A stretch of DNA of 60,389 nt, counting the filler. It is 8 parts of 8 records of this genome, joined end to end, with 100 filler letters (N's around TTAATTAATTAA, not from the genome) between each part and the next. Parts side by side here need not be neighbours in the genome. Positions count along the whole stretch, not along the records: positions 37,195 to 49,593 come from SRR31156797_47157; 7 more parts are not named here. The stretch is one strand, 5' to 3'. Below, piece by piece: positions 39,423 to 49,693 of this stretch. Each line of letters starts with the position of its first letter. Within the stretch, counting starts at the first letter, position 1. The notes below the pieces were generated by a model. It worked only from the letters and a program-made list of their open reading frames with translations, was not told the DNA's origin and made no database searches. A program made the translations under genes and the position numbers.

Positions 39423-39456
39423 TCGTCCGGGGACCTGACGAAATATCTCCATAGCC

Positions 39457-39507
39457 GCACTGCTCCCTTGGGGTCCCCCGGGGGAGCGGTGCCGTACTTT
39501 CTCTTTG
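39457..39507 (+). terminator. Probable terminator hairpin after potC
   Basis: GCACTGCTCCC...GGGAGCGGTGC stem followed by a T-rich tract. Confidence 0.5.
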
Positions 39508-39549
39508 CCCTGACTTTACCGGTGCTGCTGGCGGTGTGTTAGGGGAGGC

Positions 39550-39569
39550 TAATAGAATTTAATCTATTA
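39550..39569. promoter_or_regulatory. AT-rich 7-6-7 palindrome, candidate metal-regulator operator
   Basis: TAATAGA-atttaa-TCTATTA upstream of the AraC/TonB receptor pair. Confidence 0.35.
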
Positions 39570-39688
39570 AACAAAATGTGGTTGTCTTTTGCAAAGAATG
39601 CCTGTAGACAAGGAACGTAGAAAATCGTTTTTCCCAGGTCAGGGGGGATAACGGAAAAATCTTATGGGGCACTTGGGGAGGAGAGTTC

Positions 39689-40654
39689 ATGCAAACAAGG
39701 CAGGTGGCCGGCAGCCGGAATGAGATGTCCGGACAAAATGGGGAAGGCGAGTATAAGAAGATCCGGTTTGATTCCGGTATTTCCGCAACCATCATGGATT
39801 ACAGCCTTCACCGCTCCATCACGTCAAAGGTGGAGACCCCGAACCCGGCCCTGGGATTCGGGTTCTGCTTTTCGGGAAAGACAAGAACGCGGATCGACTG
39901 TCTCAAGGAGGAATTTATCATTCAGGGGGGCCAGAGCGCGTTTTACTATTTTCCGAACATCAAGGTTGATTCGGAACACTCTTCCGAAGAACGGGTGAAA
40001 CGGGTGGTGATCGATATGCCCCTTGAGATGTTTCAGGGGATTGTTGCCGAAGACCCGGACGCCGTTTCCAAGGCGGTGCGAACCATGGTCGAAAAGGAGC
40101 GTCCTAACCCGTTCCGCACCGTTGAGAAGCTGACCCCCGGCATGCGCAAACTCCTTATGCAGATCCTGAATTGCCCCTACCGGGGAGCGGCAAGGCGGTT
40201 TTTCATTGAGGCCAAGATCATGGAGCTGATGGCGTGCAAGCTCGATCTCATGGCAAAAAATCGGGGAACGCCCACTCCTGCGGTAAAATTGAAAAAAGAT
40301 GATGTCGACCGGCTTCATTTTGCCAGGGATCTGCTTGTCAGGAACATTGAGCAGCCCATGGAATTGCTCGAGCTGTCCCGCCGGGTCGGCATCTCCCGCA
40401 CCAAACTGCTGAACGGTTTTGCTGCCCTGTTTGGGATGACGCCCACCGCTTATCTGCGGGATATGCGCATTGAAAAGGCCCGAACCCTCATTGACCGGGG
40501 GCAGATGAGCCTGACCGATATCGCCCATGCCGTGGGGTATTCAAGTTCCAGCCATTTTACCAAGGTGTTTCGAAATTATTTTGGGGTCACCCCGAGTCAA
40601 TACGCGGTAAGCACCCGGCGAACTCCGAGTAAAATGTACTTTTGCGCTAAATAA
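39689..40654 (+). CDS. AraC-family regulator (PchR/YbtA-like)
   Basis: ILNCPYRGAARRFFIEAK, and C-terminal double HTH (LSRRVGISRTKL..VGYSSSSHFTKVFRNYFGVTP). Confidence 0.92.
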   Translation: MQTRQVAGSRNEMSGQNGEGEYKKIRFDSGISATIMDYSLHRSITSKVETPNPALGFGFCFSGKTRTRIDCLKEEFIIQGGQSAFYYFPNIKVDSEHSSEERVKRVVIDMPLEMFQGIVAEDPDAVSKAVRTMVEKERPNPFRTVEKLTPGMRKLLMQILNCPYRGAARRFFIEAKIMELMACKLDLMAKNRGTPTPAVKLKKDDVDRLHFARDLLVRNIEQPMELLELSRRVGISRTKLLNGFAALFGMTPTAYLRDMRIEKARTLIDRGQMSLTDIAHAVGYSSSSHFTKVFRNYFGVTPSQYAVSTRRTPSKMYFCAK

Positions 40655-40771
40655 AAACATTTTGGTGATAGCCTCCCGATGGCTATTTGTGCTTTCTATT
40701 GGGCGCAAATATTTTTGGTTAGCCTCAGAATGTTTGCGTCATGGAATATTACAAAATAAGGGAGGAATATT

Positions 40772-42883
40772 GTGCGGTTTTTTGAGAAAATAGTGTTCAG
40801 GATTTCAGTGGGGCTGTCTGTGCTGTTGATGATGGCATCCCTGTCCCATGGGGAGGAGGGGCCCCAAAAGGAGCGCCGGCTTGATACCATCACGGTGACG
40901 GCCCAGAAAAGAGAGGAGAATGTCCAGAAAGTCCCTGTCAGCATGGACGCCTTCGACGCCGTGGAGATAGAGAGCGCCGGCATGGCTACCACGGCTGAAA
41001 TGACCCGGTTCGTCCCCAATGTGTTTTTCAAAAAGGCCACCATGGAGAACATCATTGTGGTCCGCGGGGTCCCCTCGGTGGATGCGTCCACCGTGGGACC
41101 CGTGGGGGTCTATATCGATGATGTCAATTATCCCCTTCATTTCATGCACAACATCGATCTTTTTGATGTGGAGCGTGTGGAGCTTCTGAGGGGCCCCCAG
41201 GGAACCCTTTACGGCCGGAACACCGAGTCCGGGGTGTTGAACATCGTGACCCGGAAACCGGATAATGAATTCCGGGGCAGTATCACGGGAACCTGTAGTT
41301 TTTATGATACCTCCCATGGCACCGTCCCGGAATGGCAGACCGGCATGGCCGTCAGCGGGCCGGTGATAAAGGACAGGCTTTTCATGGGGATCAGTGCCCA
41401 GATGGAACAGGGGGACGGGTTCATGGAAAACACCCGGCTTGGCAGTGAAGACGCCGCTGAAATAGATCACCGGAACCTGCGGGGCAGCGTCCGGTGGATG
41501 GCCTCTGACCGGCTGGAGCTCTCATTCATGGCGGATTATGGCAATTTCGATGATAAACAGGGGCTGTACCGGATCTTCACCAGTGAAGGGGGACTCAAGA
41601 ACAATGACCACACCGAGATGAGTGGGTTTTACGATACAAAACTGGACCAGGAGGGATCGGGACAGGTTTTTAAGGCCAGGTATGACGCCGACAGCTTTGA
41701 CCTGCTGTCGATCACCGGCCGGCGGGCCTATGAGCAGGACTCTATTCTTGGAACCGGTGTGGGCCTGAGTGATTACGGGAAGAATGAATGGCGGTTTGAC
41801 GATACCATGCTGAGCCAGGAGATACGGATCTCCTCCAAAAACGAGAACCGAAAATTGGAGTGGCTCCTGGGCGTCTACGGCTTCAAAGAGGAAACCGACA
41901 TCTATTTCAGCAAATTCAGCGATCTTCAGGTTCGAAATACGGATATCGAAAAAACCGGGATGGCAGTGTTTGCCCAGGGCACCCTCACCCTTTTTGACCG
42001 GCTTCATTTTACCGCGGGCGGCCGCTATGATCACCTGGAACTTGAGGGACGCCAGGATTTGAAAGGAACGGACTGGGGCGGCAACGATATTTCCGGTGAT
42101 TACAGCAGGGATCTTGATTACGACGAGTTCCTCCCCAAGGCGGTGATCTCCTTTGACGCCACCCGGGACATCATGCTCTATACCTCCGTGGCCAAGGGCT
42201 ACCTCGAGGGCGGCTACAACTATGCCCAGGCAAACGAGGCGGACGGGTTTGTGTTTGATCCCGAATATACCTGGAACTATGAACTGGGCGTAAAAACCAA
42301 CTGGTTTGACAACCGGCTGCTGGCAAACTGTTCCCTCTACCATATCACCATGGATGACAAGCAGGTGTCCGAGTACACCGCCGGGGGGGCCATTGCCCAG
42401 ATCAGCAATGCCGCAAAGGCGCATTCCCAGGGGGTTGAGCTCGAGGTCCGGGCCCGGGTGGCCCAGGGGCTGGATCTGTTCGGCTCATTCGGGTATGTGG
42501 ATACGGAGATTGACGAATGGGAAGCAGGCTCCTCCGATTTCTCGGGGAATAAAATGCCCAACACCCCGGAATACACCTACAGCGTCGGGGTTCAATACCG
42601 GCATGTCAATGGCTTCTTTGGCCGGGCCGATCTCCTGGGCACCGGAGAGATGTACGGGAATGTGCAGAACGATTCCCATGTGAAGCTGGATGCCTATGAG
42701 CTTCTCAACCTCCGTTGCGGGTATGAGTCGGAACGTTACGATATTGTTCTCTGGTGCAAGAATGTCTTTGACGAAGAGTACTACGCATCGGCATTCGATT
42801 ATGGTGATCCCAATGAAGCCATCGGGGTTGCCCAGAACGGAGAGCCAAGAGAGTTCGGGGTCACCGTCACCTATCGGTTCTAA
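40772..42883 (+). CDS. TonB-dependent receptor (FyuA-like siderophore/metal receptor)
   Basis: TonB box DTITVTAQKRE, plug ERVELLRGPQGTLYGRN, C-terminal GVTVTYRF. Confidence 0.93.
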   Translation: MRFFEKIVFRISVGLSVLLMMASLSHGEEGPQKERRLDTITVTAQKREENVQKVPVSMDAFDAVEIESAGMATTAEMTRFVPNVFFKKATMENIIVVRGVPSVDASTVGPVGVYIDDVNYPLHFMHNIDLFDVERVELLRGPQGTLYGRNTESGVLNIVTRKPDNEFRGSITGTCSFYDTSHGTVPEWQTGMAVSGPVIKDRLFMGISAQMEQGDGFMENTRLGSEDAAEIDHRNLRGSVRWMASDRLELSFMADYGNFDDKQGLYRIFTSEGGLKNNDHTEMSGFYDTKLDQEGSGQVFKARYDADSFDLLSITGRRAYEQDSILGTGVGLSDYGKNEWRFDDTMLSQEIRISSKNENRKLEWLLGVYGFKEETDIYFSKFSDLQVRNTDIEKTGMAVFAQGTLTLFDRLHFTAGGRYDHLELEGRQDLKGTDWGGNDISGDYSRDLDYDEFLPKAVISFDATRDIMLYTSVAKGYLEGGYNYAQANEADGFVFDPEYTWNYELGVKTNWFDNRLLANCSLYHITMDDKQVSEYTAGGAIAQISNAAKAHSQGVELEVRARVAQGLDLFGSFGYVDTEIDEWEAGSSDFSGNKMPNTPEYTYSVGVQYRHVNGFFGRADLLGTGEMYGNVQNDSHVKLDAYELLNLRCGYESERYDIVLWCKNVFDEEYYASAFDYGDPNEAIGVAQNGEPREFGVTVTYRF

Positions 42884-43123
42884 TCTCCCGGCAAGGCTTT
42901 CGGGATCATTGGCGGACCCTGAAAAGAGGATCGCAATACCGCTTGTTTTAACCCAACGCCCCCCTGGATGCAGGGGGGAGCGTTGAGAACCGGCTTGTAT
43001 CAAGCTTTCATCTGAATCCGGTCATTTTTTCAATGGCGGAATAAAAAATGAGCTTGACAAAAGGTCACACAAATAGTTCGATTACAAGGGATGCGGTGAC
43101 TGAAATATTCGAAGGAATATTCC

Positions 43124-44320
43124 ATGAAAACAATATATTCCGTACTTACGGTCATCACCCTGACACTCTTTTTTTCAATCTCTGTTTCAGAAATAAAAGC
43201 CGGGAAGAACAATATCGTCATCGGTCTCGACGCGGACATGTCTTCCGGCTCGGCCCGGGCGGGCAACGCGATAAAAAGAGGCGCCCGGATCGCCATTGAT
43301 GAAATTAATAAAGAGGGCGGTGTGCTTGGCAGGCATTTGCAACTTGTCATTAAAGACCATCATGGAAATCCGGCAAGGGGGATTGATAACATAGATGAAT
43401 TTTCTCAAATGGAAAACCTGGTGGCTGTGCTTGGCGGGCTTCATACACCGGTGGCCATGGCAGAACTGAAAATCCTTCATGAAAAAAAAGTGATCTACCT
43501 TTGTCCTTGGGCTGCGGGAACCCCTGTGATTAAAAATAACTACAGCCCCAATTATGCATTCCGGGTATCTGTCAGGGATGAATATGCCGGTGGGTTCTTA
43601 ATCGGTAAGGCACTTGAGGCGGGTTTCAGGCGCCCGGCCCTCCTGCTGGAGCAGACGGACTGGGGACGGTCCAATAAGCGATCCATGACCCGGGCCCTGG
43701 AAGCAAAGGGGCTTGAACCGGCAGGGCTTTTGTGGTTCAACTGGGGCGTCAGGGACCTGACCGGCCACATTCACGCTGCGAAAAAAGCCGGGGCGGATGT
43801 GATAATGCTGGTGGCAAATGCGCCCGAAGGAATTGTCGCGGTAAAATCCATGGCCGCATTGCCGGAACAAGAGAGACTGCCGATCCGGTCCCACTGGGGC
43901 ATTACCGGCGGGCGCTTTTATGAGAAAACAAAAAACTGGCTTCCAAACGTCGATCTTGAGTTTCTTCAGACTTACTCTTTTCTTAAGCCGGTTTTTCCTG
44001 ATCGAAATGAGAAATTTATCGAAAAATACCTGGAGAAGTATCCTGAATCAACGTCAGGCAAAGATATCTTTTCACCGGTGGGAACCGCCCATGCCTATGA
44101 TCTTGTGCATCTTCTGGCCCTTGCCGTCAAAAAGGCCGGAACCATTGACGGAACCGCCGTGAGAAACGCCCTTGAGCAGATTGAATCATACCAGGGGTTA
44201 GTAAAAAATTACACGCCTCCTTTTACACCACAGAAGCATGATGCTCTGGATATGAGCGATTTTATCCTGGCAATGTACAATGCCCGTGGAAATATTGTTC
44301 CTGTGCAGATGAAATACTAG
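43124..44320 (+). CDS. Periplasmic binding protein, Leu/Ile/Val-type fold
   Basis: Signal peptide, AIDEINKEGGVLGR, DHHGNPARG, HAYDLV. Confidence 0.88.
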   Translation: MKTIYSVLTVITLTLFFSISVSEIKAGKNNIVIGLDADMSSGSARAGNAIKRGARIAIDEINKEGGVLGRHLQLVIKDHHGNPARGIDNIDEFSQMENLVAVLGGLHTPVAMAELKILHEKKVIYLCPWAAGTPVIKNNYSPNYAFRVSVRDEYAGGFLIGKALEAGFRRPALLLEQTDWGRSNKRSMTRALEAKGLEPAGLLWFNWGVRDLTGHIHAAKKAGADVIMLVANAPEGIVAVKSMAALPEQERLPIRSHWGITGGRFYEKTKNWLPNVDLEFLQTYSFLKPVFPDRNEKFIEKYLEKYPESTSGKDIFSPVGTAHAYDLVHLLALAVKKAGTIDGTAVRNALEQIESYQGLVKNYTPPFTPQKHDALDMSDFILAMYNARGNIVPVQMKY

Positions 44321-44391
44321 CCGTTTTAAGTGCTTGTTGTCAGAATTTCCGGCTTTTCACAGCCGGGAGGAGTCATAAAGGACAACGCCAC

Positions 44392-46299
44392 ATGGATAAG
44401 AAAGGTGCAGGTCGTAAAAAGACGATCGTGTTCACGGTCATGGTCCGGGTGATGCCGGCAGCCGCCCTGCTGTTGATTCTTATCTGGCTGGTAACCCGAT
44501 CCCTTGCCCTCCAGACCCTTCGTAAGGAGATCCGGGACAATCTGTCGGCCCGGACGCACATGACGGCAAAATCGGTGGGACGAAAACTGGATGGTTTGAA
44601 AGCATATGCAAAGGTGCTTTCCTCAAACGATCTGATTATCAACAGCCTGATTGATTATAGCGCCCGGGTTAATTATCTGCCCACCTTTTTCAGTTCCCTG
44701 CGGGTGCCGGGGGCAAGGAATGCCCGGATCGTCTTAACAGACTATAAAGGACGGGGCGTTTCTTCAAACACTGTCAACAAGAATGATTGCCGGAATCCCA
44801 TGCTCATTGAAACCGTGATGCAAGGCAACTCCGTTTTTGAAATTCAACCGGATGCCCTTACCGTTGCGCTGCCGGTTTTTTATAGTGGGCTGCCCGAAGG
44901 CGTACTTCTCATATGCCAAGATTCCTCAGATTTATCACAGCTTTTCAATTGGGATTCTCAAATGATGGACTTTGCGGTTTTGCTGAAACCGGGTATCCTT
45001 CTCTTTGCCACCCGTACTGATTTTTCCGATGAAATTTATTCAACGACTTTCCTTGCCCGGGAGGATCAGCGACCGTTTGATTTTAAAGCCCTGTGGCTGA
45101 AAAAAAAGTGCGGAATACCGGCATATCCCAGCCTTGAAATCGTATGCGGTATCCGGAAACACGGGGCATTGAGTCATTATTCACGGATGGAGGCTTTTCT
45201 GATTGTTGCCATGTCGCTGAATCTCGTTGCCCTGATTCTCGGCATTTTTTTGAGTGCCCGGCTTACGGCAAAGCCTTTGGATATATTTGTTGATCTGATC
45301 GATAACGCAAGGCGGTCCAGGGATTTTCAAGCCAGTTTGCCGGAAACGGGAACCGTGGAGATCATCGCCCTTGCATCGGCATTCAATGGGCTTGTCAAAG
45401 AGCTTGAACACGCCCGGGCTGAATTGCTTAACAAGGCCATTGAGGCGGGCCGTGCCCAGCTGTCTGCAATGGTGCTCCATAACATTGGCAATGCGGTCAC
45501 GCCGTTGAGTATCCATATCACGCAGATGAACGGAAAAGAGCTAAGCGAAATCCAAACCTTTCTTGAGCAATGCTATGGGGATCTGAAAAGGAATGAAGCC
45601 AATCTCACAGAGTATGTGCAAAACGATGAAAGGGGCAGGCAGGTGTTCCAATACATGGCGCAACTCATTCACTCACTTAAAAAGATCAATGACAGGCAAA
45701 AAGAGAAAATCGCAAGGGCGGAAAGCTCCCTGGCATATATCTCTGAGATTCTTTCTCTCCAGCAGAATTACGCCCCGGCAAACAGAGAGATGAAAGAAAC
45801 CATCCATTTGAATAGAATCATCGAAACCGCCGTTCAGATTCAAAAATACGCCATTGAAAAACGACATATTGATTTGAAAATGAATCTTGAACCCGACATG
45901 AAACCGATCGTTATTGATAAGAGCCGGCTGCTGCAGATCCTGGTCAACCTGCTTAAAAACAGTTATGAAGCCATTGATCAATCCGGGCGGTCGAGGGGGG
46001 CAAGGGAGATTGTCATCACCACCTTTTGTACGGGTTCCCAAATCGGGTTTGAAATCGCCGACACCGGGATCGGCATCGATCCGCTCCTGGGCCATACCGT
46101 GTTTGAATTTGGAAAATCAGGAAAAGGCTCGTCCGGGATGGGACTTTACTATTGCAAGATGTTCATTCAGGCGAATAAAGGGGATATATCCATGACAAGC
46201 GAGGGCATTGGAACAGGGGCGGCCGTCAAGGTCCTGTTTGATTTGCCTGAAAGCAGTATGGAGGAATATGAAAGAGAACAGACGTATTCTGGTCATTGA
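44392..46299 (+). CDS. Membrane sensor histidine kinase (HAMP)
   Basis: Two TMs, HAMP, H-box VLHNIGN, NLLKNSYEA, DTGIG, GMGL. Confidence 0.88.
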   Translation: MDKKGAGRKKTIVFTVMVRVMPAAALLLILIWLVTRSLALQTLRKEIRDNLSARTHMTAKSVGRKLDGLKAYAKVLSSNDLIINSLIDYSARVNYLPTFFSSLRVPGARNARIVLTDYKGRGVSSNTVNKNDCRNPMLIETVMQGNSVFEIQPDALTVALPVFYSGLPEGVLLICQDSSDLSQLFNWDSQMMDFAVLLKPGILLFATRTDFSDEIYSTTFLAREDQRPFDFKALWLKKKCGIPAYPSLEIVCGIRKHGALSHYSRMEAFLIVAMSLNLVALILGIFLSARLTAKPLDIFVDLIDNARRSRDFQASLPETGTVEIIALASAFNGLVKELEHARAELLNKAIEAGRAQLSAMVLHNIGNAVTPLSIHITQMNGKELSEIQTFLEQCYGDLKRNEANLTEYVQNDERGRQVFQYMAQLIHSLKKINDRQKEKIARAESSLAYISEILSLQQNYAPANREMKETIHLNRIIETAVQIQKYAIEKRHIDLKMNLEPDMKPIVIDKSRLLQILVNLLKNSYEAIDQSGRSRGAREIVITTFCTGSQIGFEIADTGIGIDPLLGHTVFEFGKSGKGSSGMGLYYCKMFIQANKGDISMTSEGIGTGAAVKVLFDLPESSMEEYEREQTYSGH

Positions 46300-47665
46300 C
46301 GATGATGAGGGCATCCGTGAAACTTACCGGGAGATTTTCTCTCCTGCCCGGGAGTCTGATCTGCTGTTAAAAGGTCGAATGCTGTTTGGCTCACCCACCG
46401 GGCAATCCAAATCCGTGCTGCCAAAAGAGTATGAGGTCTCCCTGGCTGAAAGCGGTCGCAATGGAATCGAAATGATCAGAACCGCCATGGCTGAAGGATG
46501 TCCCTTTGCCGTGGCCTTCATTGATATGAAAATGCCGGAACTGGACGGTGCCCGGACCTCACAAAAGATCGGAGAAATTGATTCCGGTATTAAAATCGTT
46601 ATTGTTACCGCATATAGTGAGTATTCACCGAAAGATATCATGTCTGTTACCGGAAAGGATGATCTTTTCTATTTAAGAAAGCCGTTCAACCATGAAGAGA
46701 TCCTGCAGTTTGCAAAGGCCCTGACCAATGAATGGAACCTTGAAAGAAAAAGGGATGCCCTTGAAGCCAGCTTGAAAAAATTAAATAAAGAACTTGAGCA
46801 CATGAATAAAAACCTCAAGGACAAGGTGGAAAAGCAGGCCGCCATGATCGTTCAGGCGGAAAAAATGGCATCCGTCGGCATCCTGGCGGCCGGGGTGGCC
46901 CATGAAATCAACAACCCGATTGCTTTTGTCGACTCCAATCTTTCAACCGCGAAAACCTATTTCAGCAAAATTGCCGGCCTGTATCGGAAGTACGCAGAAG
47001 TCGAATCTTTTCTTGCGCATTCAGGACTTGAAAAAGCAACCGGGCTTTTCAACGAGATTACCGCCTATAAAAAAGAACATAAAATCGGGATGATCATGGA
47101 GGATCTTGAAGACCTGGCAGATGAGTCCATTGACGGCATTGACAGGGTCAAGAACATTGTCCGGGATCTGAAAACCTTTTCCAGGATTGATGAACTCGAG
47201 TACAGGCATATTGATATCAATAAAGCCATTGATGCAACATTGAATATGGTTTGGAATGAATTCAAGTATAAAGCTGATATACAAAAAGAGTATGGTGTTT
47301 TCCCCGATATCAAATGCTATCCGCAGAAAATCGGTCAGGTGTTTATGAATCTTTTGATCAATGCCGCCCAGGCAATTGAGGAAAAAGGAATCATAAAAAT
47401 TTCAACAAGGCTTATAACAAAAGGCAGGAGAGAAAAAGACCGGTTTGTTGAAATAACAATAGCAGACACGGGATGCGGGATTGCAAAGGAGAATTTGCAT
47501 AAACTGTTTGATCCCTTTTTCACGACCAAGCCCGTGGGAACAGGTACCGGTTTAGGATTGAGTATTGTCTATGAAATCGTAAAGGCCCATGGCGGAAGTA
47601 TTGACGTACTGAGTGAGCCGGGGGAGGACACCCGGTTTGCCGTGTTGCTGCCTGCTGTCATATGA
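46268..47665 (+). CDS. Hybrid receiver-histidine kinase
   Basis: Start MKENRRILVIDDD; FIDMKMP, KPF; GVAHEINNP; FFTTKPVGTGTGLGL. Confidence 0.92.
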   Translation: MKENRRILVIDDDEGIRETYREIFSPARESDLLLKGRMLFGSPTGQSKSVLPKEYEVSLAESGRNGIEMIRTAMAEGCPFAVAFIDMKMPELDGARTSQKIGEIDSGIKIVIVTAYSEYSPKDIMSVTGKDDLFYLRKPFNHEEILQFAKALTNEWNLERKRDALEASLKKLNKELEHMNKNLKDKVEKQAAMIVQAEKMASVGILAAGVAHEINNPIAFVDSNLSTAKTYFSKIAGLYRKYAEVESFLAHSGLEKATGLFNEITAYKKEHKIGMIMEDLEDLADESIDGIDRVKNIVRDLKTFSRIDELEYRHIDINKAIDATLNMVWNEFKYKADIQKEYGVFPDIKCYPQKIGQVFMNLLINAAQAIEEKGIIKISTRLITKGRREKDRFVEITIADTGCGIAKENLHKLFDPFFTTKPVGTGTGLGLSIVYEIVKAHGGSIDVLSEPGEDTRFAVLLPAVI

Positions 47666-47692
47666 GAATCCGAAAAACCAGAGGAGGGTGTG

Positions 47693-49120
47693 ATGGTGAC
47701 GATAGGTCCCAAAGTGTTACTTGTTGATGATGAGCAAAGTATATTGCGCAGTTTGTCCCGCCTGTTTCGGATGAACGGAATCGACGTGGCAACGGCGGAC
47801 AGCGGGACAATGGCAATGGATATTATCAAAAGAGAACCCATTGATCTTGTGATCTCCGATCATATGATGCCTGAAATGTCCGGGCTTGACCTGATGGTTC
47901 AAATCAGGGACACACATCCTGATATTATCCGGATCATGCTGACCGCTTCCTTTGAGCGGCAGGTCATGCTAAAAGCCATCAATCAGGGGGAAATATACCG
48001 TTTTTTCATAAAACCCTGGAATGAGGATGAATTACTTGATGCCGTCAGATCCGGTATTAAACATAAATCAGATACCATTGGGGAAAAAAACAGGATTGTC
48101 GATGAGTTGACCCGTTCGAACATCGAGACGGTCATGGCCCTTGCAGAGACCATAGAGCTTAAAGATACCTATACCAAAGGCCATTGTTCCAGGGTCAGGG
48201 ATTATTCCGTCCTGATGGCCCGGGCCGTTGGCCTGCCGCCCGGGTTGCTTATTCATCTGGTTTATGGGGCGCTTCTCCATGATTGCGGGAAAATAGGGAT
48301 CTCTGAATCACTCCTGCTCAAATCGGGAAAACTGGATGAGTCGGAGCGAAAAGCGATTGAGTACCACAGCATCCTGGGGTTTGAATTGACCAATTCGGTC
48401 AGCCATCTAAAAACCGCCAGCCTTTTCATCCGACAGCACCATGAGCGCTGGGACGGCAAGGGGTATCCGGACGGACTTAGCCAGACCGAAGCTCATATCT
48501 GCTCACGAATCATCTCCATTGCAGATACCTTTGATGCCATGATCTCTGACAGGCCTTACCGAAAGGGCATGGCGATTGCCAAGGCCAGGCAGATCCTGGT
48601 CGAGAATAAAGGCACCCAGTTTGACCCTGAACTTGTGGATGTCTTTGTTTCCATCCTGGATGAAAAAGGGCCTGGGGGCATGCTTGACAATTCATATGCG
48701 GATGATGCCCCCCAAATGCCGGTCATCCTGTTTGTGGATGATGAGATGCCAGTTCTCAAATCAATGAACCGTATTTTGACGGCTGAAAATTATGCGGTGA
48801 TGACAGCATCCAGTGTTGATGAAGCCCTTGAAATACTGGAACAGCAGAGGGTGGACCTGGTCGTCAGTGACCAGAGAAGGCCTGGAAGTACAGGCGTTCA
48901 GTTTCTCAGAACCGTTAAATTGAAATATCCCGGCACCGTAAGGATCATGCGCTTTGGTTATGCCGATCTGAATGAAACCATGGCGGCCATCAACGAGGCC
49001 GGTGTGTATAAGGTGCTCATGAAACCCTGGATTGATGAGGAGCTGAAGGCCACCATTAAAAACGCGCTCGAATGGCAACATATGTCACGGACATGCATAT
49101 CTGACATTTCCCATGTTTAA
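47693..49120 (+). CDS. REC-HD-GYP-REC cyclic di-GMP phosphodiesterase response regulator
   Basis: N-terminal REC (VDDE, SDHMMP, KPW), LHDCGK, HHERWDGKGYP, RPYR, second REC at the C-terminus. Confidence 0.92.
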   Translation: MVTIGPKVLLVDDEQSILRSLSRLFRMNGIDVATADSGTMAMDIIKREPIDLVISDHMMPEMSGLDLMVQIRDTHPDIIRIMLTASFERQVMLKAINQGEIYRFFIKPWNEDELLDAVRSGIKHKSDTIGEKNRIVDELTRSNIETVMALAETIELKDTYTKGHCSRVRDYSVLMARAVGLPPGLLIHLVYGALLHDCGKIGISESLLLKSGKLDESERKAIEYHSILGFELTNSVSHLKTASLFIRQHHERWDGKGYPDGLSQTEAHICSRIISIADTFDAMISDRPYRKGMAIAKARQILVENKGTQFDPELVDVFVSILDEKGPGGMLDNSYADDAPQMPVILFVDDEMPVLKSMNRILTAENYAVMTASSVDEALEILEQQRVDLVVSDQRRPGSTGVQFLRTVKLKYPGTVRIMRFGYADLNETMAAINEAGVYKVLMKPWIDEELKATIKNALEWQHMSRTCISDISHV

Positions 49121-49165
49121 ATTCTATTTCTTGACAAAAAACGGGTTTCTATTTTACGGTTTGAA

Positions 49166-49593
49166 ATGCGATTCAAACTGTCATCCTCAGCCGGTTCCAT
49201 TTACATGCAGACCCTTCTATGGGCAGGGCTTTTTACGGGGATCGTCGTCATTGCCATCACCGGGATCAGCTATCTCAGCATGGTCGCGTTTCTCAAGGAG
49301 CAGGCCCTTGCCAATCTTGAAAAGCATGCGATCCACCGGGGCCAGATCGAAGAGGGCATTTTTTTACTTGCAAAGGACAACCATGGGTTCCTGAGCCGGG
49401 AGATCACAAGGCGGCTTGAGGAATTGGGGGACCGCGATCCCGTGGAGGCGTTTGACAGGCTGTTCGTCAGGGACGCTGATGGGGCCATCCGGAACCGGCC
49501 CGCACTTTTTGATGGGGAAAGAGAAACGTGTGTGTTTATCGGTAAGGACGTTGAAATCAATGGGGATGTCCGCCGCCGGGTGCTTGTTTACTA
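49166..49593 (+). CDS. Membrane sensor protein N-terminus (truncated)
   Basis: N-terminal TM followed by a periplasmic domain; TTGACA at 49131 upstream. Confidence 0.6.
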
Positions 49594-49693
49594 NNNNNNN
49601 NNNNNNNNNNNNNNNNNNNNNNNNNNNNNNNNNNNNNTTAATTAATTAANNNNNNNNNNNNNNNNNNNNNNNNNNNNNNNNNNNNNNNNNNNN

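Noticed and set aside
42954-42985. GC hairpin after the TonB receptor as a REP or terminator
   Set aside because: Single copy with no U-tract on either strand; function cannot be supported.
43050-43123. Possible c-di-GMP-I riboswitch before the signalling operon (GGTCAC start, GAAG-loop hairpin)
   Set aside because: Lacks the GGCAAA / GNRA / GACGCAAAGC core; more likely a sigma-70 promoter with a small hairpin.
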